DNA of 64,000 nucleotides from a bacterium. GTDB taxonomy: Bacteria; UBA8248. A program made the position numbers and the translations under genes. The notes under the pieces are model-generated. The model did not search any database, was not told where the DNA came from, and saw only the letters and a program-made list of their open reading frames with translations. Location of the stretch: positions 672,001-736,000 of the forward strand of contig OZ244799.1 of the NCBI GenBank assembly GCA_965219955.1, written 5' to 3'. Below, piece after piece: positions 30,502-40,140 of the stretch (positions are counted from its first letter, which is position 1; each line of letters opens with the position of its first letter).

Positions 30502-31359
30502 GTGTCTGATGCGAATATCGGAGTCATCGGCGGCAGCGGCCTCTACGAGATGGCGGAGTTGGGCGATGTGGAAGAACGCGCGCTCGATACGCCCTACGGC
30601 GCGCCCTCGGCCCCCTACGTTCTGGGCACGCTCTCCGGCAAGCGGATGGCGTTTCTGCCCAGGCACGGACGCGGGCACGTACTTCTGCCGCATGAGATTC
30701 CCTTCCGCGCCAACATCCACGGATTCAAGCAGTTGGGCGTGGAGTGGCTCATATCCGTCAGCGCGGTGGGCAGCCTGAAAGAAAACATCCATCCGGGCGA
30801 CATCGTGATTCCCGACCAGTTCATCGACCTCACCAAAACGCGCATCGCCACGTTTTTCGGCGACGGCGTCGTGGCCCACGTTTCCATGGCGGACCCGGTA
30901 TGCGGAGACTTGAGCGGGATACTGATGGGCGCGGCCCTCCGGGCGGGCGCGACGGCGCACGCGGGCGGGACGTACGTCTGCATGGAAGGTCCCCAGTTCA
31001 GCAGCCGGGCGGAGAGTTTCCGCTACCGCGATTGGGGCGCTTCGGTCATCGGGATGACGAACATGCCCGAGGCCAAGCTCGCGCGCGAGGCGGAGATGAG
31101 CTACGCCACCATCGCGCTGGCGACGGACTATGACTGCTGGCACGAGGAGGAGGAGGCGGTGAGCGTGGAGGCCGTGATCGCCCAGGTGATGAGCAACGCG
31201 GCCCTCGCGCAGGAGATCATCAGGGAAGCGGCGCCCGAGATCGATGGTCACAGCCCCTTCGCAGGCTCTCTGGCGACGGCCCTCATGACCGACCCGGCCC
31301 GCATGCCGGGCGAGACGAAGGAACGCCTGCGTCATTTGATAGGAAAATACATAACGTGA
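30502..31359 (+). CDS. mtnP: S-methyl-5'-thioadenosine phosphorylase
   Basis: [47 protein letters not shown]. Confidence 0.93.
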   Translation: MSDANIGVIGGSGLYEMAELGDVEERALDTPYGAPSAPYVLGTLSGKRMAFLPRHGRGHVLLPHEIPFRANIHGFKQLGVEWLISVSAVGSLKENIHPGDIVIPDQFIDLTKTRIATFFGDGVVAHVSMADPVCGDLSGILMGAALRAGATAHAGGTYVCMEGPQFSSRAESFRYRDWGASVIGMTNMPEAKLAREAEMSYATIALATDYDCWHEEEEAVSVEAVIAQVMSNAALAQEIIREAAPEIDGHSPFAGSLATALMTDPARMPGETKERLRHLIGKYIT

Positions 31360-32639
31360 ACCGGCCCAAATCCGAGGAACTCTTCGCGCTGGCGCAAAAC
31401 CGCATCCCCGGCGGGGTGGATTCCCCCGTCCGCGCGTTCCGGGGCGTCGGCGGCACGCCTTTTTTCGTCGAAAAAGGGGAAGGCGACCGGATCCGGGACG
31501 CCGACGGCAACGCCTACATCGACTACGTGCTCTCCTGGGGGCCGTTGATTCTGGGACACGCCCACCCCCGCGTGGTGCGCGCCATTCAGGAGGCGGCGGC
31601 GCGAGGCACGAGTTTCGGCGCGCCCACGGCCCTCGAGACCGAACTGGCGGAACTGGTGAACGCGGCATACCCCTCCATGGAGTTGCTGCGGTTCGTGAAC
31701 TCGGGCACCGAGGCGACGATGTCGGCTATCCGCCTGGCGCGGGGCTTCACGGGCCGCGACGTGATCGTCAAGTTCGAGGGCTGCTACCACGGCCACGCCG
31801 ACGGGCTGCTCGTCAAGGCGGGCAGCGGCGGCGCCACCCTGGGCGTGCCGGACAGCGGGGGCGTTCCGGGCGATTACGCGCGGAACACGGCCACGCTTCC
31901 CTTCAACGACGTCGAGGCGGTCCGGGATTTCTTCGCCCGGCGCGGCGCGGACGTGGCCGCCCTCATCATCGAACCGGTGGCCGGCAACATGGGGCTGATT
32001 CCGCCCGAGGCCGGTTTCTTGGAGGTCTTGCGGGAGGAGACCGAAAAGGCGGGCGCCTTGCTCATTTTCGATGAGGTGATGACGGGGTTTCGGGTGGCGA
32101 GAGGAGGCGCCCAGGCCCTGTTCGGGATCAAACCCGATTTGACGACCCTCGGGAAGGTGATCGGCGGCGGCATGCCCGTTGGCGCTTACGGCGGAAGGCG
32201 CGAGGTGATGGAGTGCGTCGCGCCCCTGGGTTCCGTCTATCAGGCGGGCACGCTATCGGGGAACCCTCTCGCCATGACGGCGGGGATCGAGACGCTTAAA
32301 GTCATCGAGGAGCTTGGACTGCCCGAAGCGCTCGATGGAAAAGTCGAAGCCCTTTCGGACGGCATGGCTGACGCGGCGCGGGCGGCGGGAATCCCGCTCA
32401 CCGGCGCGCGCTGCGGGTCGATGTTCGGCGCGTTTTTCCAGGCGGGTCCGGTTCGCAATTTCTCCGACGCCATGCGCTCGGATACAGACCGGTATGCCAA
32501 ATTCTTTCATTCTATGCTAAAACGGGGCGTGGCATTGGCCCCGAGCCAGTTCGAAGTGGGGTTCATGTCATCCGCCCATACGGATGAGAGCGTGGAGGCC
32601 ACGCTGGCCGCCGCGCGAGAGGCGTTCGCCGAGCTGTAG
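31356..32639 (+). CDS. hemL: Glutamate-1-semialdehyde 2,1-aminomutase
   Basis: [51 protein letters not shown]. Confidence 0.97.
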   Translation: MNRPKSEELFALAQNRIPGGVDSPVRAFRGVGGTPFFVEKGEGDRIRDADGNAYIDYVLSWGPLILGHAHPRVVRAIQEAAARGTSFGAPTALETELAELVNAAYPSMELLRFVNSGTEATMSAIRLARGFTGRDVIVKFEGCYHGHADGLLVKAGSGGATLGVPDSGGVPGDYARNTATLPFNDVEAVRDFFARRGADVAALIIEPVAGNMGLIPPEAGFLEVLREETEKAGALLIFDEVMTGFRVARGGAQALFGIKPDLTTLGKVIGGGMPVGAYGGRREVMECVAPLGSVYQAGTLSGNPLAMTAGIETLKVIEELGLPEALDGKVEALSDGMADAARAAGIPLTGARCGSMFGAFFQAGPVRNFSDAMRSDTDRYAKFFHSMLKRGVALAPSQFEVGFMSSAHTDESVEATLAAAREAFAEL

Positions 32640-32674
32640 CCGATGAGGCTCGCGCGCCTCGGAGTCTGAGCGCG

Positions 32675-32998
32675 ATGCGAAAAGCAGGACGATCATCCAC
32701 CAAGGGCCAATCCCCGAAAGCCAGACTCTTCTTCTGGATGTGCGCGGGCGTCATCGTCTTGCTGCTCGGCTCCGCCTTGCTGGGCCGGGACGGGTATCTC
32801 GCCGTCATCGTGAACAAAGAGCGCGTGTCCGAACTCAAGAAAGAGAACGCGGAAATCGAGGCGAAGAACAAGGAGTTGCGCTCTGAAATTCGCTCCTTGC
32901 GCTCCGATGAGCGCGCGATCGAGAAAATCGCGCGCGAAGACCTAGGCCTCGTCAAGAAAGGCGAAGTCGTCTACGAGTTCATCCCCTCGAAAAAATGA
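32675..32998 (+). CDS. ftsB: Septum formation initiator (FtsB/DivIC family)
   Basis: Single TM helix, coiled coil, IEKIAREDLGLVKKGE. Confidence 0.85.
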   Translation: MRKAGRSSTKGQSPKARLFFWMCAGVIVLLLGSALLGRDGYLAVIVNKERVSELKKENAEIEAKNKELRSEIRSLRSDERAIEKIAREDLGLVKKGEVVYEFIPSKK

Positions 32999-33064
32999 AT
33001 CATGGTTTTCGGTTCCTCGATCCCGGGGGAGCCTCCTGGTGATTCTCAAAATACCTCTCTCTCC

Positions 33065-33093
33065 TTGACAGAACGCCCGTGCGGGAGTAGATA
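33065..33093 (+). promoter_or_regulatory. sigma70 promoter of the tRNA gene
   Basis: TTGACA-17 nt-TAGATA, 11 nt before the tRNA. Confidence 0.65.
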
Positions 33094-33104
33094 ACACATA
33101 TTGA

Positions 33105-33181
<77 letters not shown>

Positions 33182-33192
33182 AGCGAATAACG

Positions 33193-33217
33193 GCCGCGGG
33201 GTCTCCGCGGCTTTTTC
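33193..33217 (+). terminator. Rho-independent terminator
   Basis: GCCGCGG-GGTCT-CCGCGGC-TTTTT. Confidence 0.75.
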
Positions 33218-33277
33218 CTTGCCGGCTACATACACGAAGTCATAGAGACGATACTCATCAGAGTGAAAGGATCAGGA

Positions 33278-34408
33278 ATGGCGGACAAAAGAGAACTCGG
33301 GCTGGCCATCGTCGGCTGCGGGGTCGTGGGACGCATGCGGGGCGCGCTGGCCAGGGATTTCCCCGGGATCGGCTGGATCGGCCTCTCCGACATGAACGAG
33401 AAGGTCGGGCAAAAACTTAAAGCAGACATCGGGGCCGATTTCTTCACCACCGATTTCAAGGAACTCATCGCCAGGCCAGAAGTAGATGCGGCGATCATCG
33501 CCACCTCGACCTGGGCGCACGTCGAACCCACGCTCGCCGCGGCGGAGCGCGGCCTGCCGATGCTGATCGAAAAACCGCTCGCCACGGACGCGCGCGAGTC
33601 GGCCTCCGTGCTGGCGGCGATAGAATCTGCCGGCGTGGACGCCGTCGTCGGCTACACACAGCGGTTTCGCAGGCGTTTTCTGGCTGTGAAGGATCGCGTC
33701 GACAACGGTCAGATCGGCGACGTCACGGCGGCGGTCACGCGCGCCTTCATGAACCGCATGGCGCCGACCGGAGAGGTCCGCCTCTCCCAGGACCGCCGGT
33801 TCCTGACGCCCATGGTCGTTTCCGGCACCCACAGCCTCGACATGTGCCTGTGGCTGATGGGCGACGCCAAACCGGTCTCCCTCTATGCGCGCTCGACGGA
33901 AGGCATATTGAGCGATCTCGGCACCAAGGACGCCACCTTCGGCGTGTTCACGATGGACAGCGGCGCCATCTGGAGCATGAACATCTGCTGGGCGCTGCCC
34001 AAGGAGTGGCCAGGCGCGGTGTATGGACTCGAAATCGGCATCGTGGGCACCAAGGGGGTGGTGGACATCGAGGACACGCACCGCGACGTGGTGATGGCGT
34101 CTGAATTCTCGCAGGGGCCCGCCTATAACCCCGAGGACCTCAACCTGGAAGCGCGGCGAAACGTCGAATTCCTCACCAGCTTCCCGCCGGGCGACATGTA
34201 TGACGGGGAACTCTGGGGCCCCATGCGCGAGGAGACGAACTCCTGGTTCCAGCGGATATATTCGGGCAAGCGCACGCCCCATGCGACCGCCGCCGAGGGG
34301 CACCGCAACCTCGTGCTGACCATGGCGATGGACCTCTCGGCCAAGCGCGGCGAGGAGTTGAAGCTGCCCATCGATCCCGCGGAGTTGATGGCGGGTCTGG
34401 AAGCGTAA
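33278..34408 (+). CDS. Gfo/Idh/MocA family oxidoreductase
   Basis: IVGCGVVG, IEKPLA, GYTQRF, HSLD. Confidence 0.9.
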   Translation: MADKRELGLAIVGCGVVGRMRGALARDFPGIGWIGLSDMNEKVGQKLKADIGADFFTTDFKELIARPEVDAAIIATSTWAHVEPTLAAAERGLPMLIEKPLATDARESASVLAAIESAGVDAVVGYTQRFRRRFLAVKDRVDNGQIGDVTAAVTRAFMNRMAPTGEVRLSQDRRFLTPMVVSGTHSLDMCLWLMGDAKPVSLYARSTEGILSDLGTKDATFGVFTMDSGAIWSMNICWALPKEWPGAVYGLEIGIVGTKGVVDIEDTHRDVVMASEFSQGPAYNPEDLNLEARRNVEFLTSFPPGDMYDGELWGPMREETNSWFQRIYSGKRTPHATAAEGHRNLVLTMAMDLSAKRGEELKLPIDPAELMAGLEA

Positions 34409-34448
34409 GACATTCCTGGAAATTCAATCAGTAGGACTGAGCAAATAC

Positions 34449-35606
34449 ATGGCGACGCGGGAATTGGGAATCATTCTGCACGGGGCGACGGGCGGCATAG
34501 GCTCCTTCCAGCACCTGAGAAACTCGCTCATACCCATCATCAATGAGGGCGGCCTCGACGTTGGCGGCGAGAGAATCCTGCCAAAGCCCCTGCTCGTCGG
34601 CAGGAGCGGGGAGCGCCTCGCGAAGCTGGCGGCGGAACACGGCGGCCTCGACTGGACGACGGACTTAGACGCGGCCCTTGGGAACGCAGCGTATCCCGTC
34701 TTCTTCGACGCGGCGGCCACGCACTTGCGGGTGGGCGTATTAGAGCGCGCCATCGCCGCCGGGAAGCACATCTATACCGAAAAGCCCGTCGCGCCCAGCG
34801 TAAAGGAGGGGATGGATCTCCTGCGCGCGGCGCAGGCGGAGGGCATCAAGCACGGCGCGGTGGAGGACAAGCTCTTCCTGCCGGGGTTCCTGAAACTCAG
34901 CCGGGTGGTGGAGAGCGGTTTTCTGGGGCGCATCATCGGTTTCCAGATCAACTTCGGCTGGTGGGTGTTCGACGGTATCGAGGCGGAATGCCAGCGTCCG
35001 AGCTGGAACTACCGGAAGGCGGGCGGCGGCGGCCTCATCTCGGACATGCACCCCCACTGGCGCTACATCGTCGAGGGGGTTCTCGGGCCGATTGCGCGCG
35101 TGGCGGCGCTCTCCTGGACGGGGCAGACCGAGCGCGCCGACGAGGCGGGGGAGCGCTTCGATGTCGACGTGGAGGACAACGCGCATACGCTTTTGGAACT
35201 CGAAAGCGGCGCGCGCGGCGCGATTCTGAGCTCCTGGTCCACCCGCGTGCGGCGCGAGGACCTGGTGACCTTCCAGGTGGATGGAACAGGGGGCTCCGCG
35301 GTGGCGGGCTTGAGACGCTGCTGGAAGCAGGCGGCGGGCGATACGCCGTTGGTGCGCGGTTTTCTCATGGGACGCGACGCGGACACGATGGACGTCTCGG
35401 TGGACTACCGCGAAAACTGGGAAGAAGAACTCGACACCGCGCCATATAAAAATCCCTACCGCTTCGGCTGGGAGCGCTTCATCCGCCACGTGGCGGGCGA
35501 TGAGCCTTTCTACGCCGATCTCTCCGCAGGCATCCGCGACGTGCGACTCGCCGAGGCTTGTCTCAAAAGCGCGCAGGAGGGTGGTTGGGTGGACATGAGG
35601 GCGTGA
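34449..35606 (+). CDS. Gfo/Idh/MocA family oxidoreductase
   Basis: HGATGGIG, HIYTEKP, QRPSWNYR, GGGLISDMHPHW. Confidence 0.88.
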   Translation: MATRELGIILHGATGGIGSFQHLRNSLIPIINEGGLDVGGERILPKPLLVGRSGERLAKLAAEHGGLDWTTDLDAALGNAAYPVFFDAAATHLRVGVLERAIAAGKHIYTEKPVAPSVKEGMDLLRAAQAEGIKHGAVEDKLFLPGFLKLSRVVESGFLGRIIGFQINFGWWVFDGIEAECQRPSWNYRKAGGGGLISDMHPHWRYIVEGVLGPIARVAALSWTGQTERADEAGERFDVDVEDNAHTLLELESGARGAILSSWSTRVRREDLVTFQVDGTGGSAVAGLRRCWKQAAGDTPLVRGFLMGRDADTMDVSVDYRENWEEELDTAPYKNPYRFGWERFIRHVAGDEPFYADLSAGIRDVRLAEACLKSAQEGGWVDMRA

Positions 35607-35688
35607 TTCGGCGTTTAGAGCCAAGCAGGGGGAGGGGGGTGACAACTCTCCCTCTTGCAGAGCGCCAACAAACCACTCGTCCTTTGAG

Positions 35689-36304
35689 GGGGTTGTTGAA
35701 AAACCCCTCGTCGGGGGACATTGCCTTTAGCGGGAAGGCCGTTTTCGCGCGAACCCCCGACCTCCCTCTTTAGAAGCAACCCCCCCTACCCCCTTGTCGG
35801 GGCTGTTGAAAAAGTTTTCTTCAAGGGAGTACCCCCCCTCCAACCCCTCTTGTCAGGGCTGTTGAAAAACCCGGCATTGGGAGCGGGCTTTGCAGAAGCC
35901 CTGAAACCCTCATCCTGAGTAGGCGCGTAAGCGCCGTATCGAAGGATGGGGGGCGCGAACTTCGCCCTTCGATACGCGGCTTCGCCGCTACTCAGGGTGA
36001 GGCGGATGGAAAGACCGTCGCACAGGATGAGGCGGCGCGCTTTTGATCGTCATTCCGGCGAAAGCCGGAATCCATTTTGACTTTTCACCGGGCGGAGCGA
36101 CCACGACCTTGTTGTTGCGCGGCGTCGGGATGCGGAATCCAGAGAATTCGCCTTTCGTTTTTGTGTTCGATTCCGCTCCTCCCCGCCCGAGAGTAAAGAC
36201 GTCCGAACGAGGAGGCGAAAAGGCGAAGGCGCAAATGGATTCCGGCTTTCGCCGGAATGACGGCAGAGGTCAATTCCGAGCGAGGAGGGTTAATCAACAA
36301 CACC
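35689..36304. repeat. Composite repeat container 2 (three stacked left ends, one degenerate right end)
   Basis: Left ends at 35689, 35799 and 35855 (the last two directly after TTGTC); CCTCATCCTGAGTAG doublet 35908-36002; GTCATTCC element 36049-36261; right end TAATCAACAACACC. Confidence 0.75.
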
Positions 36305-36503
36305 TACTCGCTCGGTTTTGACCCCCCACCGCATCAGCTTTCGCCCACAGGGCTCGGCTTCTGCGTCGAACTTTCCCCTCAGGAAGCCCGGTCCCCTCAA
36401 GGGGAGTGAGTACATCATTCACTTTCGCCTCCAGAACCCGGAACTCATTGTCGAGTTATGGGTATCATTTCCCTTTCATTCGCTAACCTTGAAATCTCCG
36501 GTT

Positions 36504-36995
36504 TCACCCGACAGGGTCCCGCCCGCCGCCGTGGTTCGCCACGTCCTCCTCATTCAGTTGAACGAACGCCTGCGCCAAGACGATGGCGGCGGTGTTGGCG
36601 AGGTTGTAGGAGCGAATCGGGCCGGGCATGGGCACGTAAATCCGCCGCTCGGGCCAGCGCGCGTGCCACGCATCGGGCAGGCCGGTGTTTTCGTTCCCGA
36701 GGAGCAGCACGTCTTCGTCTTTGTATGAAACTCTATCGAAGCGCGAAGCGCCGAACTTCGTGATGAGCCAGGGCGTTCTCTCGCCCAGCCATTCGAGAAA
36801 GAGGGCTTCGTTCCCGTGGATGGTGAGCTTAACGTCGGGCCAGTAGTCGAGAGCCGCTCTTTTGAGGGAATTGTCCGAAAAATCGAATTTCGCAGGCTCG
36901 ATGACGTGCAGGTGCGCTCCCATCCCCACGCACAAGCGGCCGATGTTCCCGGTGTTCTGCGGAATCGCGGGATGATAGAGAGCGACGTGGAGCAT
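36504..36995 (-). CDS. trmL: tRNA (cytidine/uridine(34)-2'-O)-methyltransferase (SPOUT)
   Basis: PAIPQNTGNIGR, LKRAALDYW, LGNENTGLP, RSYNLAN. Confidence 0.92.
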   Translation of the reverse strand: MLHVALYHPAIPQNTGNIGRLCVGMGAHLHVIEPAKFDFSDNSLKRAALDYWPDVKLTIHGNEALFLEWLGERTPWLITKFGASRFDRVSYKDEDVLLLGNENTGLPDAWHARWPERRIYVPMPGPIRSYNLANTAAIVLAQAFVQLNEEDVANHGGGRDPVG

Positions 36996-37033
36996 TTGAT
37001 TCTATTCGAGATTTGGGGACCCGGCGCCGGGCA

Positions 37034-38350
37034 TCATCCAGAGACGGCGCCGCGAACGCTTGCCTTGTCCACCGCGTCGGTGAGAATGTCCATCGCCTGA
37101 TCCATCTGGCCTTCCGTCGTGGTGGCCGGCGGCACGAAGCGCAGCACGCTTCCCCCGCGCCGCTGGCTGAAGATGAGGCCGTTCTCCAGGCACCGGCGGT
37201 TGATCTCGCTTCCCTGCCTGGTGGCGGGCGTCTTGGAGCGCCTGTCCTCCACCAGTTCGATCCCCTGCAAAAGCCCCCGGCCCCGGATGTCGCCCACCAT
37301 TTCATACTGCTCGCCCAGCCAGGTGAGGCGCTCTCTCAGGTGCGCGCCGATTTTTCTCGCCTTGGCGGGCACGTCTTCTCCCTCGATGACGTCGAGGCTC
37401 GCCACCCCTGCGGCGCAGGCGAGCGGGTCGTTGGTGTGCGAATGGGTGACGACGAACTCGGTGGACGCTATCTTGTCCTCCACCTCCGCGCTCGTCGAGA
37501 CCGAAGAGATGCTCACGCCCCCGCCGAAGTGCTTCGCCAGCGTCACGACGTCGGGCACCACCTCGTCCTTCTCGAAGCCGAACATCGTGCCCAGCTTGCC
37601 GAGTCCCGTCTGCTCGTCGTCCACGATGAGGAGCATGCCGCGCTCCTCGCAGCTTTGTTTCAGCTTCTTGAGCCACCCGGGCGGCGGCTCCACCACCCCG
37701 CCCGCGCTGAAGAGAGGCTCGGTGATGACGGCGGCGGGCTTGCTCGTCGTTTGCGCGTCGATGAGTTCGAAACTCGTGTCCAGGCAGGCGATCTCGCAAT
37801 CGGGGAATTTCTGGGCGAGCGGACAGCGGTAGCAATAGGGCGCGACCATGGCCATGCTCCCCGGCGAGAGCGGCCCGTGCCCGCTGTGCCAGCCCGCGAA
37901 GGTGAGCGAGCGCGCCGTGTCGGAGAGGCCGTGGAAGCTGATGTGGGGGCTCGCCACCTCGAAGCCGTCGGTGTATTTGCGGGCGATCGTCACCGCCGCC
38001 TCGTTGGCGTCGGCGCCTGACCCCAGAAAGAGGCTTTTCTCGAGTGGGGGCGGCAGCAGCGCGCCCAGGCGTTCGGCGAGGATGATTTCCTGATCGTTGA
38101 AGAAGCTGCTGTGCGCGTGGATCAGCTCATCGCAGCTTTTCTTGATGGCGTCCGTGACGGTGGGGTGGTTGTGCCCGAGGGCGGAGCACATCTGGCCCGA
38201 GTTGAAATCGAGGTACTGCTTGCCGTTCACGTCCTCGACGGTGGAACCCTCGCCGCGCACGAAGACGGGCCCTGAGAAAACCGACTTGTCCACCCGGCCG
38301 CGGAAGCTGTATTTCTTCGCCGAATCGAGCAGGTCTTTTTCGCTTCGCAT
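37034..38350 (-). CDS. Class III PLP aminotransferase, 2,2-dialkylglycine decarboxylase (DgdA)-like
   Basis: LDFNSGQMCSALGH, ANEAA, SFHG, EPLFSAGG, DDEQTG, TLAKHFGGG, GDIRGRGLL. Confidence 0.85.
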   Translation of the reverse strand: MRSEKDLLDSAKKYSFRGRVDKSVFSGPVFVRGEGSTVEDVNGKQYLDFNSGQMCSALGHNHPTVTDAIKKSCDELIHAHSSFFNDQEIILAERLGALLPPPLEKSLFLGSGADANEAAVTIARKYTDGFEVASPHISFHGLSDTARSLTFAGWHSGHGPLSPGSMAMVAPYCYRCPLAQKFPDCEIACLDTSFELIDAQTTSKPAAVITEPLFSAGGVVEPPPGWLKKLKQSCEERGMLLIVDDEQTGLGKLGTMFGFEKDEVVPDVVTLAKHFGGGVSISSVSTSAEVEDKIASTEFVVTHSHTNDPLACAAGVASLDVIEGEDVPAKARKIGAHLRERLTWLGEQYEMVGDIRGRGLLQGIELVEDRRSKTPATRQGSEINRRCLENGLIFSQRRGGSVLRFVPPATTTEGQMDQAMDILTDAVDKASVRGAVSG

Positions 38351-38592
38351 GGGAATGCCTCCATGGGTGTCGCGAGAGTGGACGCCCGGTGCGCTCCTCC
38401 CGCCTATGCGGTTTTCCCGCTCAAGCCGCGCTCCATGTAACGCTGATGTATGCTTTAATACTAGCGCATATTCATGGATTCGGATATGGCTTATCATCGA
38501 GCCATGAGGCGGTGGTCTTCCAAAGACGAATCGCCCGAGAGCCGCGCGATTGCGCGTATCATGGGCCGTGACTTGCGGGAGGGTGGTTTCGA

Positions 38593-40140
38593 ATGAACAT
38601 GGCGGAATTCTTGGCCCGGGCGGCCAGAGCCTGCGGGGAGCGGCCGGCCATTTCGTACGGTGAGGCGGTTCACTGCACGTATGAGGAGTTCGCTCGCAGG
38701 GCGGGCTCCATGGCGGGTTTCCTGCGGGAAGATCTTGAGATGAAGCCCGGGGACCGCGTCGCCATCACCATGAAGAATTGCCCGGCGTTTCTGGAGGTCC
38801 TCTACGCCATATGGCACGCGGGCTGCTGCGCGCTGCCCGTCAACGCCAAACTCCATCCGAAGGAGATGGCCTTCATCCTCGAAAACGCGGGCGCGCGCAG
38901 TTGCTTCGCCACCTCCGACTTGATGGGGACTGTGGCGCCGCTCACCGATGAAATCGAGACGCTCGAGAACGTGATGGAGGTCGATACCCCCGAATACCGG
39001 GCGATTCAGTCCCGAGGGGCCGTTCCCATCGAACCTCAAGAGCCGGATGATCTGGCCTGGCTCTTCTATACGAGCGGCACGACGGGCAGGCCGAAGGGCG
39101 CCATGCTCACCCACCAGAACCTGCACAGCATGTCCCTGAGCTATTTCGCCGACGTCGATCCGGTCACCGAAAACGACTGCATCCTGCATGCCGCGCCCTT
39201 GTCCCACGGTTCGGGGCTGTACGCGATACCGCACGTCTATCAGGGCGCCAACAACATCGTTCCCGAGAGCGGGGGGTTCGAGCCGGCGGAGATTTTTCGG
39301 CTTATCGAGGCCTACCCGGGCCTCGCCATGTTCGCGGCGCCCACCATGGTGACGCGCCTGGTTCAGAGCGAGGCGATAGGGGATGCGGACACCACGAATC
39401 TGAAGGTCATCGCATACGGCGGCGGGCCGATGTACCTGGAAGACCTGAAAAAGGCGATGGAGGCGCTGGGGAACAAACTCGTTCAGGTCTACGGGCAGGG
39501 GGAAAGCCCCATGACCATCACGGTCGTCTCCAGGGAACGGCACGTCGATACGGATCATCCGCGCTTCGAGGAGCGGCTCGCATCCGTCGGGGTGCCGCAT
39601 ACCGTGGTCGAAGTGCGCGTGGTGGACGCCGGGGACAACACCCTGCCGCCGGGAGAGACCGGCGAGGTGCTCGTGCGCGGCGACGTCGTCATGAAGGGCT
39701 ACTGGAACAACCCCGAGGCCACCGCGAGCGCGCTCAAGGGCGGGTGGCTCCACACGGGCGACGTGGGCGTGATGGATGAGGACGGCTTCCTGACCCTCAA
39801 GGATCGCTCGAAAGACCTCATCATCAGCGGCGGCAGCAACATCTATCCCCGCGAGGTGGAGGAAGTGCTGCTCCGCCACGAGGGCGTTCAGGAGGTCTCC
39901 GTCATCGGGCGTCCCCACCCGGACTGGGGAGAAGAGGTGATGGCCTTCGTGGTGCCCAGGGATGAGCGAGGGGTGAACGAAGAAGACCTCGACGGCTTGT
40001 GCCTCGAACACATCGCGCGCTTCAAGCGCCCCCGGGCGTACCGCTTCATCGAGGCCCTGCCCAAGAACAACTACGGAAAAGTTCTCAAGACGGCGCTTCG
40101 CGAGATGGCGGAGGGCGAATCCCGGGAAAACGGTGGATGA
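38593..40140 (+). CDS. AMP-dependent acyl-CoA ligase (long-chain fatty acid-CoA ligase family)
   Basis: YTSGTTGRPKG, YGQGE, HTGD, DRSKDLIISGG, LPKNNYGK. Confidence 0.92.
   Translation: MNMAEFLARAARACGERPAISYGEAVHCTYEEFARRAGSMAGFLREDLEMKPGDRVAITMKNCPAFLEVLYAIWHAGCCALPVNAKLHPKEMAFILENAGARSCFATSDLMGTVAPLTDEIETLENVMEVDTPEYRAIQSRGAVPIEPQEPDDLAWLFYTSGTTGRPKGAMLTHQNLHSMSLSYFADVDPVTENDCILHAAPLSHGSGLYAIPHVYQGANNIVPESGGFEPAEIFRLIEAYPGLAMFAAPTMVTRLVQSEAIGDADTTNLKVIAYGGGPMYLEDLKKAMEALGNKLVQVYGQGESPMTITVVSRERHVDTDHPRFEERLASVGVPHTVVEVRVVDAGDNTLPPGETGEVLVRGDVVMKGYWNNPEATASALKGGWLHTGDVGVMDEDGFLTLKDRSKDLIISGGSNIYPREVEEVLLRHEGVQEVSVIGRPHPDWGEEVMAFVVPRDERGVNEEDLDGLCLEHIARFKRPRAYRFIEALPKNNYGKVLKTALREMAEGESRENGG

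Noticed and set aside
36043-36321. Small ORFs containing VIPAKAGIH or MDSGFRRND (also 21603-22214, 60313-60966, 62045-62389)
   Set aside because: Translations of the palindromic repeat; no RBS or other coding evidence.
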